The notes under the pieces: model-generated
The model's database searches: none
The model's input: the letters and a program-made list of their open reading frames with translations, nothing else
What the model was told of the DNA's origin: nothing
Position numbers and translations under genes: made by a program
Source: Planctomycetota bacterium
Lineage (GTDB): Bacteria > Planctomycetota > Planctomycetia > Planctomycetales > Planctomycetaceae
Assembly (NCBI GenBank): GCA_031419335.1
Contig: JANOKO010000260.1
Span: 1-28,710 of the forward strand
Reading direction: 5' to 3'
Length of the DNA stretch: 28,710 nt
Shown: positions 8,421-17,795 of the stretch, one piece after another
How the letters are laid out: each line of letters opens with the position of its first letter
Position numbering within the stretch: position 1 is the first letter of the stretch

Positions 8421-8528
8421 ATGGCGCGTTGGCCCGATAGCTGGCGGTCGAACCTGATTGCCGGTCTCCTGATTTTCGTGCTGCTGCCGCTGTTGTGCTG
8501 GCTGGCCTGGGCCTACGTGCGACCGTGA
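8421..8528 (+). CDS. Candidate 35-aa single-pass membrane protein (below ORF-track cutoff)
   Basis: ATG 8421 to TGA 8528 encodes MARWPDSWRSNLIAGLLIFVLLPLLCWLAWAYVRP, with a continuous 22-residue hydrophobic stretch bounded by Arg/Trp. It fills otherwise empty DNA upstream of the larA-like gene. No clear SD. Confidence 0.5.
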   Translation: MARWPDSWRSNLIAGLLIFVLLPLLCWLAWAYVRP

Positions 8529-8581
8529 ACCGAACTCTCGACAGGCTGACGCCTGCCGCTCCTGAATCAAGCGTTGATCCC

Positions 8582-9841
8582 ATGACTGCCCCCATTCTGA
8601 CCGACCACGACGTTCGCCACTGGATCAAGCAGAACGTCCCAATTGCCGATGTGGCCGGGAAGAGGCTGTTGTTGATTGTCCCGGACTCGACGCGAACAGC
8701 TCCGTTGCCGCTGCTGTGGGATGCGTTGTTTCAACACCTGAAGCCACATGTGGCAGCGCTCGATGTACTGATCGCCCTGGGCACGCACCCGCCGATGTCG
8801 GAGGTGCAGATCAGCAAGTTGCTGGGCATTCAAGACATCGAGCGGATGCGGCTGTTCTTTCAGACGCAGTTCTTCAACCACGAGTGGGACAACCCTGAGG
8901 CGCTCGTAGAATTGGGCGTCCTTAGCGAAGCCGATACCGCTGCCGCCTCGAACGGTCTGCTGTCGAAGACGGTGCCGGTGCAGATCAACAAATTGGTGAA
9001 CGACTACGACCAGTTGATGGTTCTGGGCCCGGTGTTCCCGCATGAGGTGGTCGGGTTCTCGGGTGGCAACAAGTACTTCTTTCCCGGCATCTCGGGACCG
9101 GACCTGCTCAACTTCTTCCACTGGCTCGGGGCGCTCATCACCAACGTCGGCATCATCGGGGTCAAGAGTACACCGGTCCGCGATGTGGTCAACCTGGCCG
9201 CAGCGATGATTCAACAAGAGAAGCGGGCCCTGACCTTCGTCGTCACCAGCGATGGCACAGCTCGGCTGCACGGGATGTTCTACGGCACCCCGGAGCAAGC
9301 CTGGAGTGACGCAGCTGACCTCTCTGGGACCGTGCATATCAAGCGGATGGACAAGCCGTTTAAGACGGTACTCTCCTGTTCGCCGAAGATGTATGACGAG
9401 CTGTGGACCGCCGGGAAGTGCATGTATAAGTTGGAGCCGGTGGTCGAGGACGGCGGCGAGTTAATCATCTATGCCCCGCACTTGGAGATGGTGTCGATCA
9501 CGCACGGCAAGCACATCATGGAAGTCGGCTACCACTGCCGCGATTACTTCGTGAAGCAGTGGGACAAGTTCAAGGACCATCCTTGGGGTGTGCTGGCGCA
9601 TTCAACGCATGTGCGAGGCAGCGGCACCTATGAGAACGGCGTCGAGACCTGCCGGGTGAAAGTCACGCTCGCCTCGAAGATTCCGAAGGATGTGTGCGAG
9701 TCGATCAACCTCGGCTACCTCGATCCCGAAACGATCAACATCGACGACTACGCCGGACGCGAAGACGAGGGAATCCTTCTCGTCTGGAAGGCCGGGGAGC
9801 AGCTGTACCGTTTGAAGGATTATCAGCCCGTTGAAACATGA
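8582..9841 (+). CDS. Lactate racemase (LarA/DUF2088) family nickel-pincer-dependent racemase/epimerase
   Basis: PDSTR, IALGTH, PHEVVGFSGGNK, His 16 residues after that Lys, and LWTAGK align with LarA D72/R75, H108, H174/K184, H200 and K298. Start moved to ATG 8582 (MTAPILTDH). Confidence 0.85.
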   Translation: MTAPILTDHDVRHWIKQNVPIADVAGKRLLLIVPDSTRTAPLPLLWDALFQHLKPHVAALDVLIALGTHPPMSEVQISKLLGIQDIERMRLFFQTQFFNHEWDNPEALVELGVLSEADTAAASNGLLSKTVPVQINKLVNDYDQLMVLGPVFPHEVVGFSGGNKYFFPGISGPDLLNFFHWLGALITNVGIIGVKSTPVRDVVNLAAAMIQQEKRALTFVVTSDGTARLHGMFYGTPEQAWSDAADLSGTVHIKRMDKPFKTVLSCSPKMYDELWTAGKCMYKLEPVVEDGGELIIYAPHLEMVSITHGKHIMEVGYHCRDYFVKQWDKFKDHPWGVLAHSTHVRGSGTYENGVETCRVKVTLASKIPKDVCESINLGYLDPETINIDDYAGREDEGILLVWKAGEQLYRLKDYQPVET

Positions 9842-9902
9842 GGAATGGGCATCCTGTCCACGTGCCAAACCCGATGAATCACGGGCTGAAAGCCCATGCC
9901 AT
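9840..9902. repeat. 63-bp REP doublet (REPIN-like), degenerate copy 1
   Basis: GAGGAATGGGCATCCTGTCCACG...CACGGGCTGAAAGCCCATGCCAT; ungapped 47/63 identity (hand count) to 26198-26260; lies between convergent genes. Confidence 0.75.
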
Positions 9903-9920
9903 CACCTTATTCAACAGGCA

Positions 9921-11327
9921 CTACAATTCGCCGGTATCGAGCGCTGCACCGGGTTTCCACAGGCCGTGAGCCTCCAATCTGCGGTACAGCTTGGCCCGGG
10001 GTATCCCCAGCAGATCGGCGGCCAGTTGCTTGCTTCCTGCGGACCGAGCGAGAGCGGAGAGCAGGTGTTCTTTCTCAGCTTGCAGCAGTAACTCGTCGAG
10101 CGGAATCTGCTCTGTGGCGGGCGGGGGGCTGACTGATTGGGCGTCTCGACCGGCTCGGAACCGAAACGGGAGGTCTGGCACCGACACAAGCGGTCCGGTA
10201 CTGGCGGCATGGGCCTCGCGGGTGACGGCGAAGAGTTCGTCGAGCTGCCCCGGCCAGTTGTAGGCCCGCAGTTGCGTCCAGACATCGGGACTGAAACCCG
10301 CGATCTGCCGATCGCTGCCCACGTTGCACTCCTCCAGCGCATGCTGGGCCAGAAGCTGCAAGTCTTCAGCTCGGTCCCGCAAGCAGGGGAGTACGACCTC
10401 CAGCACGCCGAAGCGATCCCGAAATTCAGGGAGCAGTTGCTCCTGCTCCACAAGCTGGTCGTATGATTTGTCCGAGGAGAGCATCCACCTGACTGCCTGG
10501 GGGCCGGTGAGCAGATCGACCCGCTCGACGAGTCGTTGCTGCCACTCGCGCGGCAGGCTCTCGACATGCTGCAGCAAGACCGCGCCGACGCGCAGGACGG
10601 GAATCGGTAGTTCCTCACGCTCGGGGTTCAACAGCCTGCTGAGAATCTCGCCCAAGGGCTTCGTGGGGAGGCGACAATTGACAGGGACAAACGCCCGGAT
10701 GTGCTCATCGCTCGCGTAATGCACAGCGCGCGCCAGATGTTCCTTGCCCGTCCCCGCGGCTCCACGAAAAGCGATGGTCGTCGGAGACGCCACCGCCAGT
10801 TGCAGCCTCGCCATGACGCGTTGCATGGCGGACCCCACAGCGACGACCTGTGACAGTGCATACCGCTGGCGGAGTTCTGATTTGAGCGAGGCAAGCTCCG
10901 CATGCAGTTCGGCTTCCGCGGGGTGCGCCGAGAGTCGCAGGGTCGATGGTCGAAGTCCGATCACTCCCAGCCAGCGGAGCGGTTCCGGATGTTCGACATT
11001 CATGTCGAGAGGGGGCAACGGGAAGAAATGCACCACTCGATCGAGACTCTGCCCGGCGCGAGTGAGTACGTGAACCGGCTGGGAAGTCGGCTCAGAGCGC
11101 ATGGGCGGGCAGAGTGCAGAAAGTAACGTGGTGACCGCCCCCCAGTCACCATCGGTATGGGTTTCACACACGTGTCCGATCAGATCTCCTGCGGACCACT
11201 GCGTAAGCCGTTCACAACCTCGATTGAAGAACAGAACCACTCGACGGGAGTCGACAATGAATATGGGAAGTTCGGTTTGGCTGAGCCACTCGGGGAGACC
11301 GCCGCGTGTTCGGGATCGCCGGGGCAT
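9921..11327 (-). CDS. PAS + degenerate sigma54-activator-like AAA+ + Fis-type HTH transcriptional regulator
   Basis: N-terminal PAS (PIFIVDSRRVVLFFNRGCERLTQW), Walker A GAAGTGKE, FVPVNC, AYNWPG and C-terminal AGSKQLAADLLGIPRAKLYRRL. GAFTGA loop absent. AGGA upstream of ATG. Confidence 0.85.
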   Translation of the reverse strand: MPRRSRTRGGLPEWLSQTELPIFIVDSRRVVLFFNRGCERLTQWSAGDLIGHVCETHTDGDWGAVTTLLSALCPPMRSEPTSQPVHVLTRAGQSLDRVVHFFPLPPLDMNVEHPEPLRWLGVIGLRPSTLRLSAHPAEAELHAELASLKSELRQRYALSQVVAVGSAMQRVMARLQLAVASPTTIAFRGAAGTGKEHLARAVHYASDEHIRAFVPVNCRLPTKPLGEILSRLLNPEREELPIPVLRVGAVLLQHVESLPREWQQRLVERVDLLTGPQAVRWMLSSDKSYDQLVEQEQLLPEFRDRFGVLEVVLPCLRDRAEDLQLLAQHALEECNVGSDRQIAGFSPDVWTQLRAYNWPGQLDELFAVTREAHAASTGPLVSVPDLPFRFRAGRDAQSVSPPPATEQIPLDELLLQAEKEHLLSALARSAGSKQLAADLLGIPRAKLYRRLEAHGLWKPGAALDTGEL

Positions 11328-11342
11328 AAGTGGTATTCCTGG

Positions 11343-12626
<1,284 letters not shown>

Positions 12627-12687
12627 CACATGCCTTTCCTGCATTCACACCATGGGAGGGGTTCGATCCGCTGAACCGCCTCCATTT

Positions 12688-12701
12688 CTCACAAGTGTGA
12701 G
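12688..12701. promoter_or_regulatory. Perfect 6-2-6 palindrome, candidate operator in the gltA / AI-2E divergent region
   Basis: CTCACA-AG-TGTGAG, about 60 nt upstream of the gltA ATG. Confidence 0.3.
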
Positions 12702-12874
12702 GTTATTCGATCCCTGTCGGTGTTACCACATCGGGACAAGAATCTCGATGGTTAGATTTGGAAGTCAGACCCAACACTGTCAGAATGCGGTTTTGATCCG
12801 GAGCCTGGTCGTCCAGCACCCCGGCAGACCCATCTGTCACGGGACGCTGGCTTGGTGAGGGGAAGAGGAAGGCG

Positions 12875-14155
12875 ATGGCACGAATTGTTTCCTTGTCGAT
12901 TCTGTCGACGTTGATCGTCATATTAGGTTTGACGTTTTTTCGAGTTCTCGCTCCGTTTGTCATGCCGCTCTTTTTGGCGGGTGTGACGACCCTGCTGGTG
13001 CAACCCTGGTTTCAAAAGCTGATCGTGCGTCTGCGGGGGAGGGTCCGATTGGCGGCGGGTTTACTATCCGTGGGAATGCTGATGGCGATTCTGATTCCGC
13101 TGACGGTTGGCATCTTGCTCGCGTCTTTGGAGCTGTACACTGTGGCCAATACGGTCACGGATGATGCGTTTCTGAAACAAGCCGGTGCAACCGTCAGCAC
13201 CAAGACGGACATGATCTTGGGACGCAGTGTGGAGTTCGCGAACGGGTACTTGCCTCCCGATCGCCAAGCGAGTCATGAATCGGCCAAGGCTCTGGTGCGT
13301 GAAAAGCTCCGAGACGCACTGACTGGGATCGGTGATCGCTCTTTAGGGATGCTGGGTCCGACTGTGTCAAAGACCGTGGATCTCGTGGGTCGGTTGCTCT
13401 CGACGATGGTGCTGCTGCTGGTGGGGCTGACAATCTATGTGATCGCGCTGTACTACTTTCTGGCCGATGGCCCGGACTTAATCGCAGCCGCTGAAAAGCT
13501 GATCCCCGTGCATGTCGATTACCAGAGAGATCTGCTCAACGAGTTTGCCAAGGCGGTCCGCAGTGTCGTGTTGGCCACTTTTATGGCCGCCATTGCTCAA
13601 GGGCTGGCAACGACGGTGGTGCTCGAACTGTTCGGGTTCGGTCACTTGTTTGCCATTCTGATTCTGTCGACGATTTTCTCGTTGATCCCTCTCGCGGGTG
13701 CGTGGATCGTGTGGGCTCCGTTTGCCATTGGGCTGTTCGCCAGTGGTCACTGGATTCAAGGGCTGGTGCTGACCTCATACGGAGTCATCGTCGTTGGAAT
13801 GCTCGATAACGTGGTACGGGCATATGTCCTCAACTCCGATACCAAGCTGCACCCCTTACTGGCTTTGGTGAGCGTCTTGGGAGGCATACAAACGCTGGGC
13901 TTGTGGGGTGTGTTCATTGGCCCCATAGTCGCATCGTGCCTGTACGCGTTGGTGCGAATCTTCAATACGGAGTTGTTTGCGTTGTCGCGGGAGCGGTTCG
14001 GCTTAGCCATGGAAGAGGGCTCGGTCGAGGCGGTGGGAACGAGCACTCCAGAGCAGGAACCGCCAAGGCCAGCAGGCCTGCCCGCATCGGCGCTGCCCAC
14101 GCCTTCCAACACTCCTCCCGTGAGTACCAATCTGTCTGCGGAGATCCCGTCGTGA
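12875..14155 (+). CDS. AI-2E family transporter
   Basis: Multiple TM segments; YYFLADG, AIAQG, SLIPLAGAWIVWAP, MLDNVVRAYV and LHPLLALVSVLGGIQTLGLWGVFIGP family motifs. Confidence 0.92.
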   Translation: MARIVSLSILSTLIVILGLTFFRVLAPFVMPLFLAGVTTLLVQPWFQKLIVRLRGRVRLAAGLLSVGMLMAILIPLTVGILLASLELYTVANTVTDDAFLKQAGATVSTKTDMILGRSVEFANGYLPPDRQASHESAKALVREKLRDALTGIGDRSLGMLGPTVSKTVDLVGRLLSTMVLLLVGLTIYVIALYYFLADGPDLIAAAEKLIPVHVDYQRDLLNEFAKAVRSVVLATFMAAIAQGLATTVVLELFGFGHLFAILILSTIFSLIPLAGAWIVWAPFAIGLFASGHWIQGLVLTSYGVIVVGMLDNVVRAYVLNSDTKLHPLLALVSVLGGIQTLGLWGVFIGPIVASCLYALVRIFNTELFALSRERFGLAMEEGSVEAVGTSTPEQEPPRPAGLPASALPTPSNTPPVSTNLSAEIPS

Positions 14156-14970
14156 TGCAACTTCGTTGGATGCTATGGGTACTGGTGCTGTCCGGGATCA
14201 TGACAGTGACGGGTTCTGCTGAAGACCCGGCCACAGTTCCGGCAGCGACGCCCGAGGCCGCGGCTGCACCCGTCGTGTCGATCACCGACAAGTGGAGCGT
14301 TCTCGTCAATCCCGCCCGTCCCCGTCCTGGCATCGTGAAGTTCAATGAGAAGTCCCCGATTCAGAACGTGGAGGAATTCAAACTTCTCGGACCGATGGTG
14401 GGGCATCCCTTCGGCCTGGGTGAACTTATTGTGGATGGACGCTGGGCCACGGCCCAGGGTTTAGCACAGAGAATCGAGGGGAAAAATACCCTCGTACGCC
14501 TGGCGACAGCCGACCAATTCGAACTGGAAGGGATCATCCACCAGGAGGGTCTGGGTGGTTGGTTCATGTTGTTGGGCTGGAATCAAGGGCATGGGTACTC
14601 GCTGTCGAATGTCGTTCTCAAAGACAGTGGAGCACCGTGGTTCATATGCGAGTACCGTGGAGCCGAAGCCATCGTGCCCACGAACAACGAAGTGAAGCAA
14701 TTCGAATGGAGGGGCGACCAACCGTTGCGACTCTCCGTGAAGCAAAAACTGCTCACCGTCAAGGTCGGTCAGACGCTGGTGGTCGAAAACTATCCGCTGG
14801 ACAACTACACCGCAGGGGAACTCTCTCTCGGGACGTATGACACTCGATATGGTCCACGCACTGTCCAAGTTCGCTCTCTGCGCATTCGTGAGGTTAGCGA
14901 AACTCCTGAGAAACCCGCCCCTCCCGGCAAGCCAGCGAACAAGGCTCCAAGCCAGCCGAAAGAGCCGTAG
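14155..14970 (+). CDS. Secreted beta-sandwich protein, weak DUF1080/ConA-like resemblance (271 aa)
   Basis: ATG 14155 overlaps the upstream stop (TGATG). Signal peptide MQLRWMLWVLVLSGIMTVTGSA, Ala/Pro linker, beta-rich domain ending VQVRSLRIREV (cf. DUF1080 V.FRNIRIKEL). Gene is solid; family call is tentative. Confidence 0.65.
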   Translation: MQLRWMLWVLVLSGIMTVTGSAEDPATVPAATPEAAAAPVVSITDKWSVLVNPARPRPGIVKFNEKSPIQNVEEFKLLGPMVGHPFGLGELIVDGRWATAQGLAQRIEGKNTLVRLATADQFELEGIIHQEGLGGWFMLLGWNQGHGYSLSNVVLKDSGAPWFICEYRGAEAIVPTNNEVKQFEWRGDQPLRLSVKQKLLTVKVGQTLVVENYPLDNYTAGELSLGTYDTRYGPRTVQVRSLRIREVSETPEKPAPPGKPANKAPSQPKEP

Positions 14971-14984
14971 GCCACCGCCAACAG

Positions 14985-15020
14985 ACACAGGGAGTCACTC
15001 TGACGAGCAACTCCCTGTGT
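14985..15020. terminator. Hairpin between convergent genes, possible bidirectional terminator
   Basis: Perfect 11-bp stem ACACAGGGAGT / ACTCCCTGTGT around a 14-nt loop. No strong poly-U tract on either side. Confidence 0.45.
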
Positions 15021-15051
15021 TGTGTCGATCGGCTGGAGTCTCAGTCAGCCA

Positions 15052-17517
15052 TCAATCTTTACCCTTGCGGCGTGGGGGCTCGTGTCGAGGCGATTGCGGA
15101 GCCCGCTCCACAGGGGCGCGGCGTTCGACTTCTCGCGGAGGAGCCCGTTCCACCGGCACCTGTCGTTCGATGTGCCGAGGAGCATGCTCAATCGGAGGCT
15201 TTTCAAACTTCGGAGCACGTTCCATGGGAAGCTGAGGTTGGCGGATCACTGGGGCAGGATTGTCGATGCGAGGGGGAATGTTCCGTTCACGAATGACGTG
15301 TTCCTTCCCGGCATTCAGTTCGACTTGGGGAGCCCGCTCGATCACGCGCGGCTGGCGGTTCTCAATCTCTCGGGGAGTCGGAGCGACACGCGGAACTGTG
15401 TTCCCCGCATCGCGAGCGACCCGGCGTGCTTCGGTTTGTTGCCGCAACTCTTCGATTCGTTGCTTCACGGACGAGTCCCCATTGACCGGTTGCGGCTGGC
15501 GCTCGATCGGGGGATCGGCCTGCGGGTGTACGAGCGGACCTCCTTGAAGAATGCGTGGCCCTCGGCCAGTCGGCGTGACGACTTGTGGCCCATTCTCGAC
15601 CTTCGTACTGGCCTCGGCTGCACGGGCGTTTCGCTGAGCATCGAGCTTTTGACGGAGTTCCTCCAGGCGAGCCGCTCCGCTTCCCTGGTTCTCGGGGGCT
15701 CCCGAGATGGGGGTTCGATCGGGCCGTCCAGTCACCCGATCAGGCACGACCGGCTTCGACACATCATCAATAGCCGGAGGGTTCAGCAGTTGGGTCCGGC
15801 CCGATTGAACTGGTGGCTCACGGTCTCGTGCGGCATCGGCCTGCTGCCGCGTACGATTCCGTTCCTTAATCTGCTCACGAATCGCATCAATCGAGTTGTG
15901 AGAGGAGGGTTTGACCTCGGAGCGGTGCTCTGATGGGTGGCGGATGCGTTCCGCAGTCGCCACGGAATTCTTGGACTTTTCTTTGAGCTCCTCGGGCAGG
16001 TTACCCAGGACGAGTTTATCGGGAATGACCGGAGTCGCGTCCAGCACTTTGCCACGATTATGCCGCTCACCAGCGGTCCGGTCACGGCCGTCCTTCAGCC
16101 GCAGGTCGATGGCTTGTCCCGGTTTCAGATCCCCAGACTTCACGAGATTCACATCTCGTTCGGCGTGCCGGCGAGCGACCTCCAGATTGTAGTTGACCTT
16201 GCTGTTCTCACGGACCAAATCGAGCTCTTTCAGATCCATCTTGTGAAAGGCATTGCCGGAGCTGTGTTGTTTCACGTGATCATCAAAGCGATGCGTCGTG
16301 ACCGCCAACTGCGCGGAGCGGTCTCCGTGATGTCGAGCCAGGAACTGGTCCTGGTCCTGCATCAGACGCGGTGGCCGGATGTCGCGATTCAATTCGTAGC
16401 GTTGGTGCCAAGTATTGACCGTGCGATCAAAATCGAGCCCCTGACGATGCGAATCCATGCGGTAGAAGTTGTACGCCGGATCATGGCAATGACGGTTCAC
16501 GATCGTCCGGCGATACCACGGAGTGTAGCCGAGGTTGGCGTACTGGTTGCCGTAGTAGTCTCCGTAATAGAAGTGACGGCTACTGGGACGTACGAACAAG
16601 TGAATCAGGAACCCCGTCATGTTGACCGAATACTGTGGCTGGTAGCAGGCCGGACGACCCGCCCCATACCTCACCAAGGAGTGGCGGAAGCGGACTGGCG
16701 AGAACAACGTCCCTCGCCGGGCGAACCGGTAGTCCCAGTACCCCGACACGTACACACAACCGCGCGGGGTCCAGTTGTATTGATTCGGAATCCACATGTA
16801 ATCCTGTGGGCACGGGGTGTAGTATCCCGGTGACCATTGATAGTTGTTGGAAACGTATGTCCAGTTTCCCGGCACCCAGGTTTGATCGTCGCTGGGAGGG
16901 GGAACATTCGGCCCAATTTCAAGTGACTGTGGCGGAGGAGGCAAGTAAGCCAAGTCCTGGGACTCCGAATGGGCCCAGAAGCCAGAAACCCATTGGAAGC
17001 CTCCCTTGACCTCAGCCCAATACCCGGGCACCCAGCGGCGTCCCGGCGGCACATCCCGCCATACGCCGCTCACCCACAAGTAGTCTGTGGACTCCTCATC
17101 CCAACTCCAGTAACCCGAGATCCATTGCACGTTCTCGCCCGTCGGAGCCTGTTCCGGAGGCAGTTCATCCACCGCAGCCGGAGGGGCAACAGTCACAATC
17201 ACGTTCGGAACCGGGTCAAGCTCGTACACATCCGCGAAAGCCTGGTGAACCGGTCCACGGGCAAAGGCTTCGATGTCGGTTTCGGGGATGACCACGCTCG
17301 GGTCCGCCGGAGGCAATTCATCCGGGTGCGGTGCCTGAACGGGAAGATCGAGTCCCGGCAAGACGGGGCCGATCAGGGTCGGTTGCGGAGCCTGTGCGAT
17401 CCGAACTGGAACGGGCGGCGGAACTGGATACTCCTGCGCTGAGGCCCATGAGACCAGCCACGGTGTGGCGAAGACAACACAGGCGATCGCAAGAGGTGAA
17501 GCGGATCGATCAGTCAT
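15052..17517 (-). CDS. Secreted WxxGxW (YXWGXW)-repeat protein with long Pro/Arg-rich disordered C-terminus (821 aa)
   Basis: Signal peptide ending ASA-QE; repeats WISGYW, WVSGVW, WVPGYW, WVSGFW, WVPGNW, WSPGYY and YVSGYW. AGGAG 8 nt upstream of ATG 17517. Confidence 0.85.
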   Translation of the reverse strand: MTDRSASPLAIACVVFATPWLVSWASAQEYPVPPPVPVRIAQAPQPTLIGPVLPGLDLPVQAPHPDELPPADPSVVIPETDIEAFARGPVHQAFADVYELDPVPNVIVTVAPPAAVDELPPEQAPTGENVQWISGYWSWDEESTDYLWVSGVWRDVPPGRRWVPGYWAEVKGGFQWVSGFWAHSESQDLAYLPPPPQSLEIGPNVPPPSDDQTWVPGNWTYVSNNYQWSPGYYTPCPQDYMWIPNQYNWTPRGCVYVSGYWDYRFARRGTLFSPVRFRHSLVRYGAGRPACYQPQYSVNMTGFLIHLFVRPSSRHFYYGDYYGNQYANLGYTPWYRRTIVNRHCHDPAYNFYRMDSHRQGLDFDRTVNTWHQRYELNRDIRPPRLMQDQDQFLARHHGDRSAQLAVTTHRFDDHVKQHSSGNAFHKMDLKELDLVRENSKVNYNLEVARRHAERDVNLVKSGDLKPGQAIDLRLKDGRDRTAGERHNRGKVLDATPVIPDKLVLGNLPEELKEKSKNSVATAERIRHPSEHRSEVKPSSHNSIDAIREQIKERNRTRQQADAARDREPPVQSGRTQLLNPPAIDDVSKPVVPDRVTGRPDRTPISGAPENQGSGAARLEELRQKLDAQRNARAAEASTKVENGPQVVTPTGRGPRILQGGPLVHPQADPPIERQPQPVNGDSSVKQRIEELRQQTEARRVARDAGNTVPRVAPTPREIENRQPRVIERAPQVELNAGKEHVIRERNIPPRIDNPAPVIRQPQLPMERAPKFEKPPIEHAPRHIERQVPVERAPPREVERRAPVERAPQSPRHEPPRRKGKD

Positions 17518-17672
17518 GGGAGGAGCTCCTGCCGAAGAGTCGAGGTGCGATGTTTCGTCGCCTCGACCTGTTCTGTCAACCGCGAACCGCTCCACATGCG
17601 GAACAGCACAACGGTGTCATCCCCAGACAGTGCAGTTCGTATGCCTGGATGGAAACCACGGATCAATTCATG

Positions 17673-17681
17673 ATTATGGCA
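17673..17681 (-). promoter_or_regulatory. Possible extended -10 promoter for the WxxGxW gene
   Basis: Minus strand TG-C-CATAAT (consensus TGnTATAAT), ~155 nt upstream of ATG 17517. Confidence 0.25.
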
Positions 17682-17795
17682 GGAAAACCATAGCAATCGG
17701 GACCGCCGAGGTTGTCTGCCAATTCCCCAGATGAGGTCGTACTGACGACAGACTGTTCTCAATGTGAGGACGGAACTGCGATCGGAAACCTGATC

